Of a stretch of DNA of 64,000 nucleotides, positions 18,873-27,762 are shown one piece after another. The notes below the pieces were generated by a model that saw only the letters and a list, made by a program, of their open reading frames with translations, searched no databases and was not told where the DNA came from. Made by a program: the position numbers and the translations under genes. The stretch's first letter is position 1. Every line of letters starts with the position of its first letter. The DNA is from Verrucomicrobiia bacterium (GTDB lineage Bacteria > Verrucomicrobiota > Verrucomicrobiia > Limisphaerales > JAEYXS01): assembly GCA_036405135.1 (NCBI GenBank), contig DASWYF010000033.1, forward strand, positions 1 through 64,000, written 5' to 3'.

Positions 18873-21800
18873 TTACTCACCCTGTTCCTTTTTCTCTCCA
18901 CTCGTCTTATTCCCCTGTTCCTTCCACTTCTTCTCCGCCTCAATGATCTCCCAAATCTTCTTCAACGTATCGCTCGAAATATTCGTCACCTGGAAATCCG
19001 AAGGTTGCGCCGGATCGATGAGCCGCAACGTCTTCACTTCGCGCTGATGTTTCAGGTGCTCGGCGATCGCGCCTTGGATGGACGTCAGCGTGTCGTTGAA
19101 CTGGTTCACCTGCTTGGACACCTGCTCCAGCACCGGTGAGGTCTTCGCGGCTTTCTTGTCGGCGGATTCGGCGGATTTCACGCCCTCGGCCAGCACGCCC
19201 TTGATGCCTTCCAGGTTTTGTCCGAACGCGTTCAGTTGCGCCACGATGCTGCTCACCAGCTTCTCCGTGTCGTTGCTGGGCTTTGCGAGGCGTTGCGCTT
19301 CGATGCCCTGCGCGAGCACGGCTTTGATGGATTCCAGGCCTTCCGAGAAGGTCGAGAGCTGCACCACCACGCGGCTCACCGGGTCGCTTTCGCTGGTGCC
19401 GGAGAAAAGCTGGTTGCGCTTGAACGTGCGCTTGATCTCGTCCCAGCGCGCCAGTTGCTCCGGCGTGATGACCTTTTGGATCTCCGCGAATTTCAGCAGG
19501 TTCGCCTCCGCACCCGTGGTGAGCGTCTGCGCCTCGTTCCGGTAATGGTCCTGGATGAGCGTCCAGATCTCGCCGTCGTTCATGATGGGGAGGACCTTCT
19601 CGGCCAGCCGGTTCATGTTGCGATAGGAGCCTTGCAGCTTGAAGGGCGGCTCCGTGCGGAAGGCCTCGGCCTGCGCAGCGGAGGCGATGTATTCCACATT
19701 CACGCGCAGCACGATGTCCCGGATGCGGATGAGCTTCCGCATCACGTTCACCATCTCGTTGATCTCCTCCACGGAGTAATTCCCCTCGAAAGTCACGCCC
19801 TCGCGCGAATCCGTGTCCGCGATCTTCGCGATGGCATACACATCCTTCTGGCTGCGGCTGGCAAGCTGGTTCAGCACACGGTTCGAGGTGAGCGCATTCT
19901 CCAGGTAGCTCAGCTTGAACGCATCTTCACTGCCGCCGATGATATCGCCGAGGTTGTACGTATCGGCGCGGTTCGCGAGCATGTCCGGGATCTTGAACTT
20001 GTCGCCGCTCTCCGTGTACGGGTTGCCCGCCATGACGACGGCCACGCGTTTGCCGCGCAAATCGTATGTCTTCGCCTTCCCTTGATACACGCCCTCGATG
20101 CGCCGCTGGCCGTCGCACAACGAGATGAACTTCTGCAACAGCTCGGGATTGCAGTGCTGGATGTCATCCAGATACAGCATCACGTTATCGCCCATCTCCA
20201 GCGCGAGATTCAACTTCTCGAGTTCCTCCCGCGCACTCGCGTTCTTCGCCTCCGCCGGATCGATGGACGTCACGCTGTGGCCGATGGCCGGGCCGTTGAT
20301 CTTCATGAACACGATGCCTAGTCGGCTCGCGATGTATTCCATCAACGTCGTCTTGCCGTAACCGGGCGGCGAGATGAGCAGCAGCATGCCCATGCGATCC
20401 GTGCGCGTGTTCGCACCCGCCACGCCCATCTGCTTCGCGAGATTGTCGCCGATGAGCGGCAGATAGACGGAATCGATGAGCTTGTTCCGCACGAAGGACG
20501 TAAGCACCTTTGGCTGAAATTCCTCCAGCCGCATGTCCTCGCGCTTCGCCTCGACGAGCTTCGCCTTCAACGCGTGGAAATGTTGGAAACGCGGTACTGT
20601 CACGCGTTCATGCTGCTGCAGCTTCGACATGAACGCGTTGTAATTCAGCGCGTAACCCTCCGGCGTGATGGCCGCATGCGCCCCCGCCAGTTTCGGGATG
20701 TGCGCATTCACCGAGACATCGATGACCGAGCGCAGCTCGAACGTGCCGCGCAGCACGATGGACGCCGCCTCGTTCCGATACTCCGCATTCGGCTTCGGCT
20801 CCGCCACGCTCAGGTAGCCATCCACCCACTCGCACACGAGCTGGAACGCACTGCGCGTGTCCTCGCTCACCGACTTCAACGCCGCCTCGAACTTCTGCGC
20901 GAAATGCTTCTGCCGCAAGAATGCCTGAAAGCCCTGATAGATCGTGGACGCCTCGATGCTCGTGACGAAGTGCTCATTCGTCGTGAGATCGTGGAAAAGA
21001 TATTCGCCTGCCTGCTCCGCCAGATTCGCCGGGAACAAGCCGCTCGTCTCACTGAACTGACGGATGAGCCCTTGCAGCTCCGCGATATACGTGTCCGGCT
21101 GCTCGCGACCGGGGAACAGTGTATTACGTAGGCGGAAACCCGCCAGCTTCGCCGTGAGCAACGGATTTTTCGGCGACTGATCCCGCCAGAAGACTGTCGC
21201 ACAGGCCCGCGCATGCGTGTGGTAGCGCAGCAGTCCGATGCTGGAGTGCATCCGCGCCAGCTCGCGCAGCAAGAGCGCGGCATCGTTATCATGGATGCCC
21301 TTCACATAGCCCTCCGCATAACGCGGCGCCATGAACTCCTGCACATGCGCAAACTGCTCCTCCGCACTGAGCTTCAGGAAACTCTCGACGCTCTGGCCAT
21401 GCGACTTCGCCTCCAGCGCCTTCAGCAATTCATACGCGAGGTATTCGCCGCGATACACCGTAGGGCTTTCGGAGACGATCTCCTGTTCCCACGCATCGCG
21501 CGTGCCGAGAAACTCCGCATCCGTCACCTTCTCGAAGAAATTTGTACCCGTGAGGTGATAGAACATCGCATCATCCCGCTGCACGACGGTGAGTTCCAGC
21601 GGCTGCGTGTTGACGTTGAACTTGTGCTTGCCGAACTGGATTATGTTCTTGCCATCGACGTACAGGTCCTGCTTGTCCTTGAGCTGGCGGACGGCGTCCT
21701 CGCGGATGGTCTTGAGGCGGCTCTGGATGTCGCCGGACTTCACCGTATCCTCCAGCTCCGTGAGCTGGCGCACGATGTCGCGCACCTTGTCCACCATCAG

Positions 21801-24212
21801 GTCGGAGGCGAAGTAGCCGTTGATGTCGTTGATCGACTTCATCGCCTCCACGCGATGCTTGATGCCCTTCAAGATGCGGTCCGCCGAGGACATCAACGAA
21901 CCCGCACGCTTGTTCCGCGCTTCGACCAGCGCGAGCTTGCGATTCTCAAACGCCGAATAAAGCTCATCGCGTTTCTCCGTGATCTGTGACTGGAACTCCT
22001 CGAAATCGGCGAAGCGGCCTTCCAGCTCCTCCACCTGCACCATGATCTTGGTGAGGTATTCGTCGCAACGCGCCGGCGTGTCGCAGATCTCCAGGTAATT
22101 CACCACGCTCTGGTCCAGCAACCGCATCTGCGAGGCGAACTGCGCGGTGCCCTCCACCGCCTGCAATTCCGAGCGGCGCTTCTTCAGCGCCACCTTGATC
22201 TGGTTCAGCGGCGCGTAGATGGCCGAGATGCCGTCGATGATCTGCGTGGTCTGCGTTGCGTCATCGATCTTCAGATTGCTGACGATCTCGATGAGCATTT
22301 CCAACTCACGTCCCGTCGCCGCGATCTGTTCCTCCAACACCTTCGCATCCGCCACCTTCGTGAGCTGCCCCACGCCTTCCTCATGCCCCTTCACCTTCGC
22401 CCGATACGGATCGAGCGATTCTTTCTTCAAGAGGAACTCAACACAACGCGCCGACAACTTCTCCGTATGCTCCGAGATCTGCTTCTCCAACGTCTCGACC
22501 AGCACCTTATCGAGATAGCGCAGTTCCTTCAGCGAGATCGTCTCACCACGCAACCCGCGCAACCGCGCGAGCTTGTCCACGAACTCCCCGATCTCTTGAA
22601 ATAATCCCGCCTCCACCTCACTGATCAGCGCCGTCGCCGCCGTGGAAACCCGCTCAACCTCATTCTTCGTGTTGCGCTTGATGCGGACGACCTTCTCATA
22701 TTCATCGATCGCGCCTGCAGCCGCATCCTTCACCGCTGCGAGCGTGGTTTTCAGGTCGAAGGCTTCCGCGTGATCCAGCCAGAAATAGGTATCGAGCAGG
22801 TCATTGACCGTCTTCACCATGTCCACGTAGAGGCCCGCGTAGCTGTCCTCTTTGTTCAGCAGCGTGAGCACTTCATGACACTCGGACATGCAGCGCACGA
22901 TGGCCGGGTTGCCGAGCTTGAAGAGGTAACTGTCCTTTCGCTCCGGCACGGGCAGGTTGCTGTCCAGATACGGCGTCTGCCACACTTGGATGACGTGATG
23001 CTTCTGCGGTTCCTCGCTCGCCTTGAACAGGATCAGCTCACCGTTCTCGAACGTCGTGAAACCATTGCAAACAATGGGTGCTTCGACCTTCTGTTCGATG
23101 AGGTTATACGGCATCAACATGTAGATGCCGTCCTGCCGGTTGTAGAATGTATGCAGCACGTCCTCGCCGTTCGGTGCTTTGATACGCCGCTCGAACAACA
23201 TCTTCGAGAGGGACGACGGGAACTGCTTGAACTCGCCGAGCTGCAGATAATAACCGTTCGAGAAAATGATGCCCTGATCATCCGGCAGCAGCACGCACGA
23301 GTCCTCGATGGCATCAATGCGCCGCACTTCCTTCAGCTTATCATTGAAGACGAGGTAACGGAACTTCTCCTCCTGATACGGCCGGATCTTCAGCAGGATG
23401 AGATTGCCGACGATGGCGTAGAAAATCTCCGCATCATCGAGCGTCTGGTCCTTGTGCTCGACTGGCTCGGTGTAGATGCCTTTGCCGACGTTCGTGTTGT
23501 CCTCGATCTTGATATCGAGATCACCACCGACCGTCTCCACGAACACGCGGTCCTCGATGGAGATGTGCGGGTGCTTGCCCTTGCGATGCTGATCCCGATG
23601 CGCGCGCTTCCACTCGAACTCATGCTGCGATGGATACTTGACCTCATGATCGAAGCGGTTGCCCACATACATGAGCACGCCGTCTTTCAGCGTCCACTTG
23701 AACGCCTTGAAATCCTCCACGCCCGCGCCGACCCGGAACTTCATGTAGAGGTTCGGGCCGATTGTCATGAACTTCGTGAAGATCGTGTTCTTGTAGTACT
23801 TGTAGAGCCCTTTGAAATCCGCCTCGAACTGCTCGTTATTGATCAGGTCCAGCGGCAGCGCGGCGAAGGTGCGGTCTTCCTTGAACTCATAGATGCCGAA
23901 CACATCGGCCAGTTTCGTCTCCGATTTCAGGCCGAAGAAAACATTGTAGCCGAAGAGGAATTTATTCTTCCCGAGGCAGACGATGTCGCGCGGGACGCAA
24001 TTGTTCTCCGTGGTGACCCGCTCAGTCGCAATGAGCGAGGTGGTGATGGAGCCGAAGACGTCCTTACGCGCGGTGTTGAGCTTGTCGAGACGCGTGCGGA
24101 GCTCCGCCGCCTGTGTGTTCAGACGCTTGCGGATGATCTCATACGTGCCGCCCTCCAGGACGACCTCGTCGGCCTTGGTCGGTTTCTGCGGCGCTGCCGG
24201 TGCTTCAGCCAT
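18873..24212 (-). CDS. Giant 1779-aa protein with a single AAA+ ATPase module of the AAA_5 (McrB/MoxR/dynein-related) type
   Basis: Walker A LLLISPPGYGKTTLM at about residues 1185-1200. Walker B/sensor LYLDDIQHCNPELL. An arginine-finger-like VAVVMAGNPYTESGDKFKIPDMLANRADTY. About 1150 N-terminal residues have no motif I recognise. The C-terminus carries three roughly 30-aa repeats (..F..LE.IK.VLA.G..). Confidence 0.85.
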   Translation of the reverse strand: MAEAPAAPQKPTKADEVVLEGGTYEIIRKRLNTQAAELRTRLDKLNTARKDVFGSITTSLIATERVTTENNCVPRDIVCLGKNKFLFGYNVFFGLKSETKLADVFGIYEFKEDRTFAALPLDLINNEQFEADFKGLYKYYKNTIFTKFMTIGPNLYMKFRVGAGVEDFKAFKWTLKDGVLMYVGNRFDHEVKYPSQHEFEWKRAHRDQHRKGKHPHISIEDRVFVETVGGDLDIKIEDNTNVGKGIYTEPVEHKDQTLDDAEIFYAIVGNLILLKIRPYQEEKFRYLVFNDKLKEVRRIDAIEDSCVLLPDDQGIIFSNGYYLQLGEFKQFPSSLSKMLFERRIKAPNGEDVLHTFYNRQDGIYMLMPYNLIEQKVEAPIVCNGFTTFENGELILFKASEEPQKHHVIQVWQTPYLDSNLPVPERKDSYLFKLGNPAIVRCMSECHEVLTLLNKEDSYAGLYVDMVKTVNDLLDTYFWLDHAEAFDLKTTLAAVKDAAAGAIDEYEKVVRIKRNTKNEVERVSTAATALISEVEAGLFQEIGEFVDKLARLRGLRGETISLKELRYLDKVLVETLEKQISEHTEKLSARCVEFLLKKESLDPYRAKVKGHEEGVGQLTKVADAKVLEEQIAATGRELEMLIEIVSNLKIDDATQTTQIIDGISAIYAPLNQIKVALKKRRSELQAVEGTAQFASQMRLLDQSVVNYLEICDTPARCDEYLTKIMVQVEELEGRFADFEEFQSQITEKRDELYSAFENRKLALVEARNKRAGSLMSSADRILKGIKHRVEAMKSINDINGYFASDLMVDKVRDIVRQLTELEDTVKSGDIQSRLKTIREDAVRQLKDKQDLYVDGKNIIQFGKHKFNVNTQPLELTVVQRDDAMFYHLTGTNFFEKVTDAEFLGTRDAWEQEIVSESPTVYRGEYLAYELLKALEAKSHGQSVESFLKLSAEEQFAHVQEFMAPRYAEGYVKGIHDNDAALLLRELARMHSSIGLLRYHTHARACATVFWRDQSPKNPLLTAKLAGFRLRNTLFPGREQPDTYIAELQGLIRQFSETSGLFPANLAEQAGEYLFHDLTTNEHFVTSIEASTIYQGFQAFLRQKHFAQKFEAALKSVSEDTRSAFQLVCEWVDGYLSVAEPKPNAEYRNEAASIVLRGTFELRSVIDVSVNAHIPKLAGAHAAITPEGYALNYNAFMSKLQQHERVTVPRFQHFHALKAKLVEAKREDMRLEEFQPKVLTSFVRNKLIDSVYLPLIGDNLAKQMGVAGANTRTDRMGMLLLISPPGYGKTTLMEYIASRLGIVFMKINGPAIGHSVTSIDPAEAKNASAREELEKLNLALEMGDNVMLYLDDIQHCNPELLQKFISLCDGQRRIEGVYQGKAKTYDLRGKRVAVVMAGNPYTESGDKFKIPDMLANRADTYNLGDIIGGSEDAFKLSYLENALTSNRVLNQLASRSQKDVYAIAKIADTDSREGVTFEGNYSVEEINEMVNVMRKLIRIRDIVLRVNVEYIASAAQAEAFRTEPPFKLQGSYRNMNRLAEKVLPIMNDGEIWTLIQDHYRNEAQTLTTGAEANLLKFAEIQKVITPEQLARWDEIKRTFKRNQLFSGTSESDPVSRVVVQLSTFSEGLESIKAVLAQGIEAQRLAKPSNDTEKLVSSIVAQLNAFGQNLEGIKGVLAEGVKSAESADKKAAKTSPVLEQVSKQVNQFNDTLTSIQGAIAEHLKHQREVKTLRLIDPAQPSDFQVTNISSDTLKKIWEIIEAEKKWKEQGNKTSGEKKEQGE

Positions 24213-24267
24213 GGTAAATTACGAAAGAGATTTCGATTCGATGCGCGAACGGCGAGCGCTCGCTAAC

Positions 24268-24443
24268 CTGGTAGGGCGAGACTCCGTCGAGCCCTTGCCA
24301 GACCTGAGCGTAGGCGCAAACCCTATGCGGTGCTCGGGCAATGCAGAAAACATTCGAAGCTCCCATGCATTGCCAGAGTTACTTTTCTGGTCGATGAATA
24401 TCCCGAGATCTAGTTTGGGCTCGACGGAGTCTCGCCCTACCAG
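24268..24443. repeat. 175-bp element bounded by perfect 27-bp inverted repeats (MITE-like or structured RNA)
   Basis: ctggtagggcgagactccgtcgagccc at 24268-24294 is the exact reverse complement of 24417-24443. The internal 9-bp inverted repeat is ggcaatgca..tgcattgcc. A 12-nt palindrome gcgagcgctcgc lies just outside at 24252-24263. Confidence 0.7.
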
Positions 24444-24499
24444 TTCAGGGTTGATTCGGTGGACGCTCATGGTGTGTTGATCACTCACACGGGTTAAGC

Positions 24500-24528
24500 G
24501 GGACAGGCATGGCGCCTGTCCCACTACG
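24500..24528 (-). other. Stop-adjacent conserved motif CGTAGTGGG + 9-bp hairpin (copy 3)
   Basis: gggacaggcatggcgcctgtcccactacg, located 10 nt after the flotillin TAA on the sense strand. It is not followed by a U-run. Confidence 0.5.
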
Positions 24529-24538
24529 TTGCGAGAGC

Positions 24539-26644
24539 TTACACCGTTTTCATCGCGGCGACTTTCGCCACCTTCTCATCCTGCACGCCGAAGCGTTTGG
24601 CAGCGTTGAGCAGGCGTTCGAGCGCGCCCTTGGTCTCGGTGTTATCAGACAGCGAGATCATCTGCGCGAGTGCGGCGGAGACCGTGAGGTTTTTCAAATC
24701 CTCGGAGGTCAGGCCGAACTGCGAGGTGAAGCCCTTGAACTGCTCGCGGAAGTATTCCGGGTCGCTGTTGAAGAACGTGTCGCGCACGGTCGTGAGCGAC
24801 TGGCTGTTGTCGATCACGCGATCCACGGATTTGCCCGCCGTGATGGCGTTCACGATCTTGTCGAAGAAGACATGGTCGCCGCCCACGATGTCGACCTTGG
24901 CGTTCTTGAGCGCTTCGGCGACCACCATGGCCTGGCTGGACGCGATGTCTTTCTGAATGTGGATGGACGCGAGTTCGACATCCTTCTCCTTGTTGAGGCG
25001 GAGCTTGAACTCTTCGTGCTCGCGACCGACGCCATCGAATATCTTCATGGCTTCGGCTTTCTCGGTGATGCCCTTGGCCTCGGCCTCGAACTTCAGTTCC
25101 ATGACCTTGGCTTCCGCAGTGCCTTGTTTCTCGGCAGCAGCAGCCTTCGCTTCGAGCACCTTGGCCTCGGCAATGCCTTGCTTCTCCGTTGCGACGGCGC
25201 GTGCTTCGAGCACTTGCGCTTCGCCCAAGCCAGGAGCCGCAGTTTCGACAACGACGGCTTCTGCCAGACGCTTCTTGGCGACGGATTCGCGCTCAGCAGC
25301 GGTTTGCTTCGCCTCGGCGGTGATGATGACTTCTTCGGCGTGAATCTCGGCCGCTTTCTTGGAAGCTTCCGCATTCTTCACCATGCGATACATGTCCTCT
25401 TCCGCCTTAAGCTCCGCGGCTTTCTTGGAAGCTTCGGCAGCCTTGATCTCTTTGACCAAGCCTTCTTCCGCTTCCATCGCGGCCTTGGTGAGTGTGACGG
25501 TCTTGGCGCGATCGGCACCGGCAAAGGCTTCGGTGTCCTTGATGCGTTCCTTCTCAGCCACGACGGCTTTCTCCACCATCACGCGTTCGCGGATGACGTC
25601 TTGAATCTTCTTCTGCTCGATCTCGATGACCTTGGTCTTCTCAATATCGGCCAGGGTGACGACGCGTTCGCGCTCGGTGACTTCCAGCAGGCGATCCTTC
25701 TCCACGCGCTCGGTTTCCACCGCGTTCGTGCGCTCCTTGTTCTTTTGCGCGACGATGATCTGGCGGTTCTTGTTCTCTTCCGCGATGGCCACTTCCTCTT
25801 CCGTGGCGATGCGTGCTTGTTCGGATTTCAACCGGTTCTCCTGCTGCACCTTGATGGCTTCTGCCGTTTCGCGGGCGGTGATGGCGGCGACTTCGCGTTT
25901 CTGCTTCTCCGTCGCTTCGGCGAGCTGGCGGTTGAGTTCGAGGATGGCTTCTTGAGCTTCGACGTCCTGCTTCTTGATCACTTTCTCGCGATCACGCGCG
26001 ATATGGTTCGCCAGCTTTGCCTGCGTGGCGGTGAGCTCGGTGATCTTCTTGATGCCCTCGGCATCGAGGATGTTGTTCGGGTTCAGGAATTCGAGCGGCG
26101 TTTGCTCGAGGTAATCGATGGCGGCGTCATCCAGCACATAGCCGTTCAAGTCTGTGCCGATGATGCGGAGGATCTGCTCACGGAATTTCTCGCGTGAGTT
26201 GTAGAGCTCCACGAAATCAAACTGGCGACCGACAGTTTTCAACGCCTCGGAGAACTTCGCCTCGAACAGTTCGGCGATGGCGGTGCGATCAGACGCGCGC
26301 ACACAACCGATGGTCTGTGCTACGCGGAGCACGTCCTGCTCGGTCTTGTTCACGCGCACGAAGAAGGCCACGGAGATGTCCGCACGGACGTTATCCATGC
26401 AAATCAGGCCTTGCTGGCCGCGACGGTTGATCTCCAGTCGCGTGACGGAGATGTCCATGTATTCCGCCTTGTGAAAGACGGGATAGATGAGCTTGCCGGA
26501 AAAGGTGACGCTGGTGCCGCCCGCGCCGTTCTTCACGAGCGCCTGCCCCTGCTGCACCTTGCGGAAACAGATGGTGTAAACGGCCAGCGTGCCGAGCACG
26601 GCCAGCCCCAATACTCCCAAGACGACGAATACTAGTGGACCCAT
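24539..26644 (-). CDS. Flotillin-like SPFH/Band-7 protein (YqiK/FloT-like) with long Glu/Ala-rich coiled-coil repeats
   Basis: 701 aa. N-terminal TM helix, SPFH domain, then EA-rich repeats (..EAKVLEAKAAAAEKQGTAEAKV..). The flotillin C-terminal region is present. Confidence 0.85.
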   Translation of the reverse strand: MGPLVFVVLGVLGLAVLGTLAVYTICFRKVQQGQALVKNGAGGTSVTFSGKLIYPVFHKAEYMDISVTRLEINRRGQQGLICMDNVRADISVAFFVRVNKTEQDVLRVAQTIGCVRASDRTAIAELFEAKFSEALKTVGRQFDFVELYNSREKFREQILRIIGTDLNGYVLDDAAIDYLEQTPLEFLNPNNILDAEGIKKITELTATQAKLANHIARDREKVIKKQDVEAQEAILELNRQLAEATEKQKREVAAITARETAEAIKVQQENRLKSEQARIATEEEVAIAEENKNRQIIVAQKNKERTNAVETERVEKDRLLEVTERERVVTLADIEKTKVIEIEQKKIQDVIRERVMVEKAVVAEKERIKDTEAFAGADRAKTVTLTKAAMEAEEGLVKEIKAAEASKKAAELKAEEDMYRMVKNAEASKKAAEIHAEEVIITAEAKQTAAERESVAKKRLAEAVVVETAAPGLGEAQVLEARAVATEKQGIAEAKVLEAKAAAAEKQGTAEAKVMELKFEAEAKGITEKAEAMKIFDGVGREHEEFKLRLNKEKDVELASIHIQKDIASSQAMVVAEALKNAKVDIVGGDHVFFDKIVNAITAGKSVDRVIDNSQSLTTVRDTFFNSDPEYFREQFKGFTSQFGLTSEDLKNLTVSAALAQMISLSDNTETKGALERLLNAAKRFGVQDEKVAKVAAMKTV

Positions 26645-26675
26645 AGCTTTGCTTTCTCTCTGCTTTGTTTCTCTA

Positions 26676-27326
26676 TCAGTTGCGGACTACGAAATAGATG
26701 CCGGAAGATTTGTCCTCGCGCACGACTTGCACGCGGTCTCCCTGCTTGTAAATTTTCCCGTTCTCGCTGCGCGCCTGCACGGTCAGGGGCGCGCCTTTGA
26801 TGTCAATGTTGATCGTGCCGAATTTGCCATCCAGCTCGCTGGTCATCACGGTGCCGACGAGGCCGACCATCGGCGGTGCCTTGTCATAATCCGTGTTCAG
26901 GTAGCGGTTCATCTTCGCGAACGGCTTCGCGACGAAGTGCGTGATAATGGCCGTCACCAGCAAGTTGGGAACGAACAAGCCCAGTGCCATGAGCACCGTA
27001 TGATCAGGATTGAAAAAGCGGTTCACAAGGATCGCAAAGATCCACATGCACAGCACCATGATCGTGACGACGCTCATCGCCGGGGCTTCGCCGATGTTCA
27101 AAAACTTGAGCACGGGTTGCAGCACGCCCTCATCCTCGCCTCCTCCTTCAGTCCCCCCGGCAGCGTCACCCACACCATCGCCACCGTCGAAGAAAGGGAG
27201 ATCGATATCGATCATCCCGATGAGCACGAGCAGCCAGTATAGAACGACGCCGCCGAGCATGACGGTGAAAGGCAGGTTGATCCACGCAAGTGAATCTCTG
27301 AACAGTTCCCAGGTTGATACGATCAT
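26676..27326 (-). CDS. NfeD-like / YqiJ-family membrane protein (N-terminal TM helices + C-terminal OB-fold-like domain)
   Basis: 216 aa. Two to three TM helices, an acidic Gly-rich linker, then a beta-rich C-terminus. Sits immediately upstream of flotillin, as in yqiJ-yqiK operons. Confidence 0.6.
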   Translation of the reverse strand: MIVSTWELFRDSLAWINLPFTVMLGGVVLYWLLVLIGMIDIDLPFFDGGDGVGDAAGGTEGGGEDEGVLQPVLKFLNIGEAPAMSVVTIMVLCMWIFAILVNRFFNPDHTVLMALGLFVPNLLVTAIITHFVAKPFAKMNRYLNTDYDKAPPMVGLVGTVMTSELDGKFGTINIDIKGAPLTVQARSENGKIYKQGDRVQVVREDKSSGIYFVVRN

Positions 27327-27762
27327 GACATTGTCGCTTTATTCATTGTCATCGCAAACCTCAGTGCGAAGACGTTTGCCTTCCTTATTTCTCTGCTCCC
27401 GGGTGTCCCGGTCCGGGAGTCACTTCGACGTGTGCATCAAACCAGATGCAGCCGCGAGCAGCATCTATAAATTCGTGATCCGTTTGTAAGTAACTCATGA
27501 GCAGGAAAGGAAGCAGTGGTTGGGTGCTTCGTTGCTCAATGAGTGAAGGGTTGTCGGTTTGGGGAGGAGTTTCAAGTTTTCAGTGTTCAGTTTTCAGCCG
27601 GTTGCGCCGGAGGCCAAAAGTTTCGTGTTTCTAGTTTTGAGTTTCGGGTTGGGAACTGACCACGGAGGTCCGGAGAACACGGAGTTCCAAGATGAAGAAA
27701 GAAGAGAGCGAGTTTTGATCCCTGCCCCACTGAAAACTGATTACTGATAACTGAAAACTTCC

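Noticed and set aside
22770-24266. 498-aa plus-strand ORF inside the giant ATPase gene, and similar large antisense ORFs (19218-20321; 24509-26197; 31420-33093; 56785-57921; 58968-59843; 36291-37145; 39499-40458; 44757-45542)
   Set aside because: All lie fully within, and antisense or out of frame to, longer ORFs that carry recognisable motifs. No RBS or independent signal.
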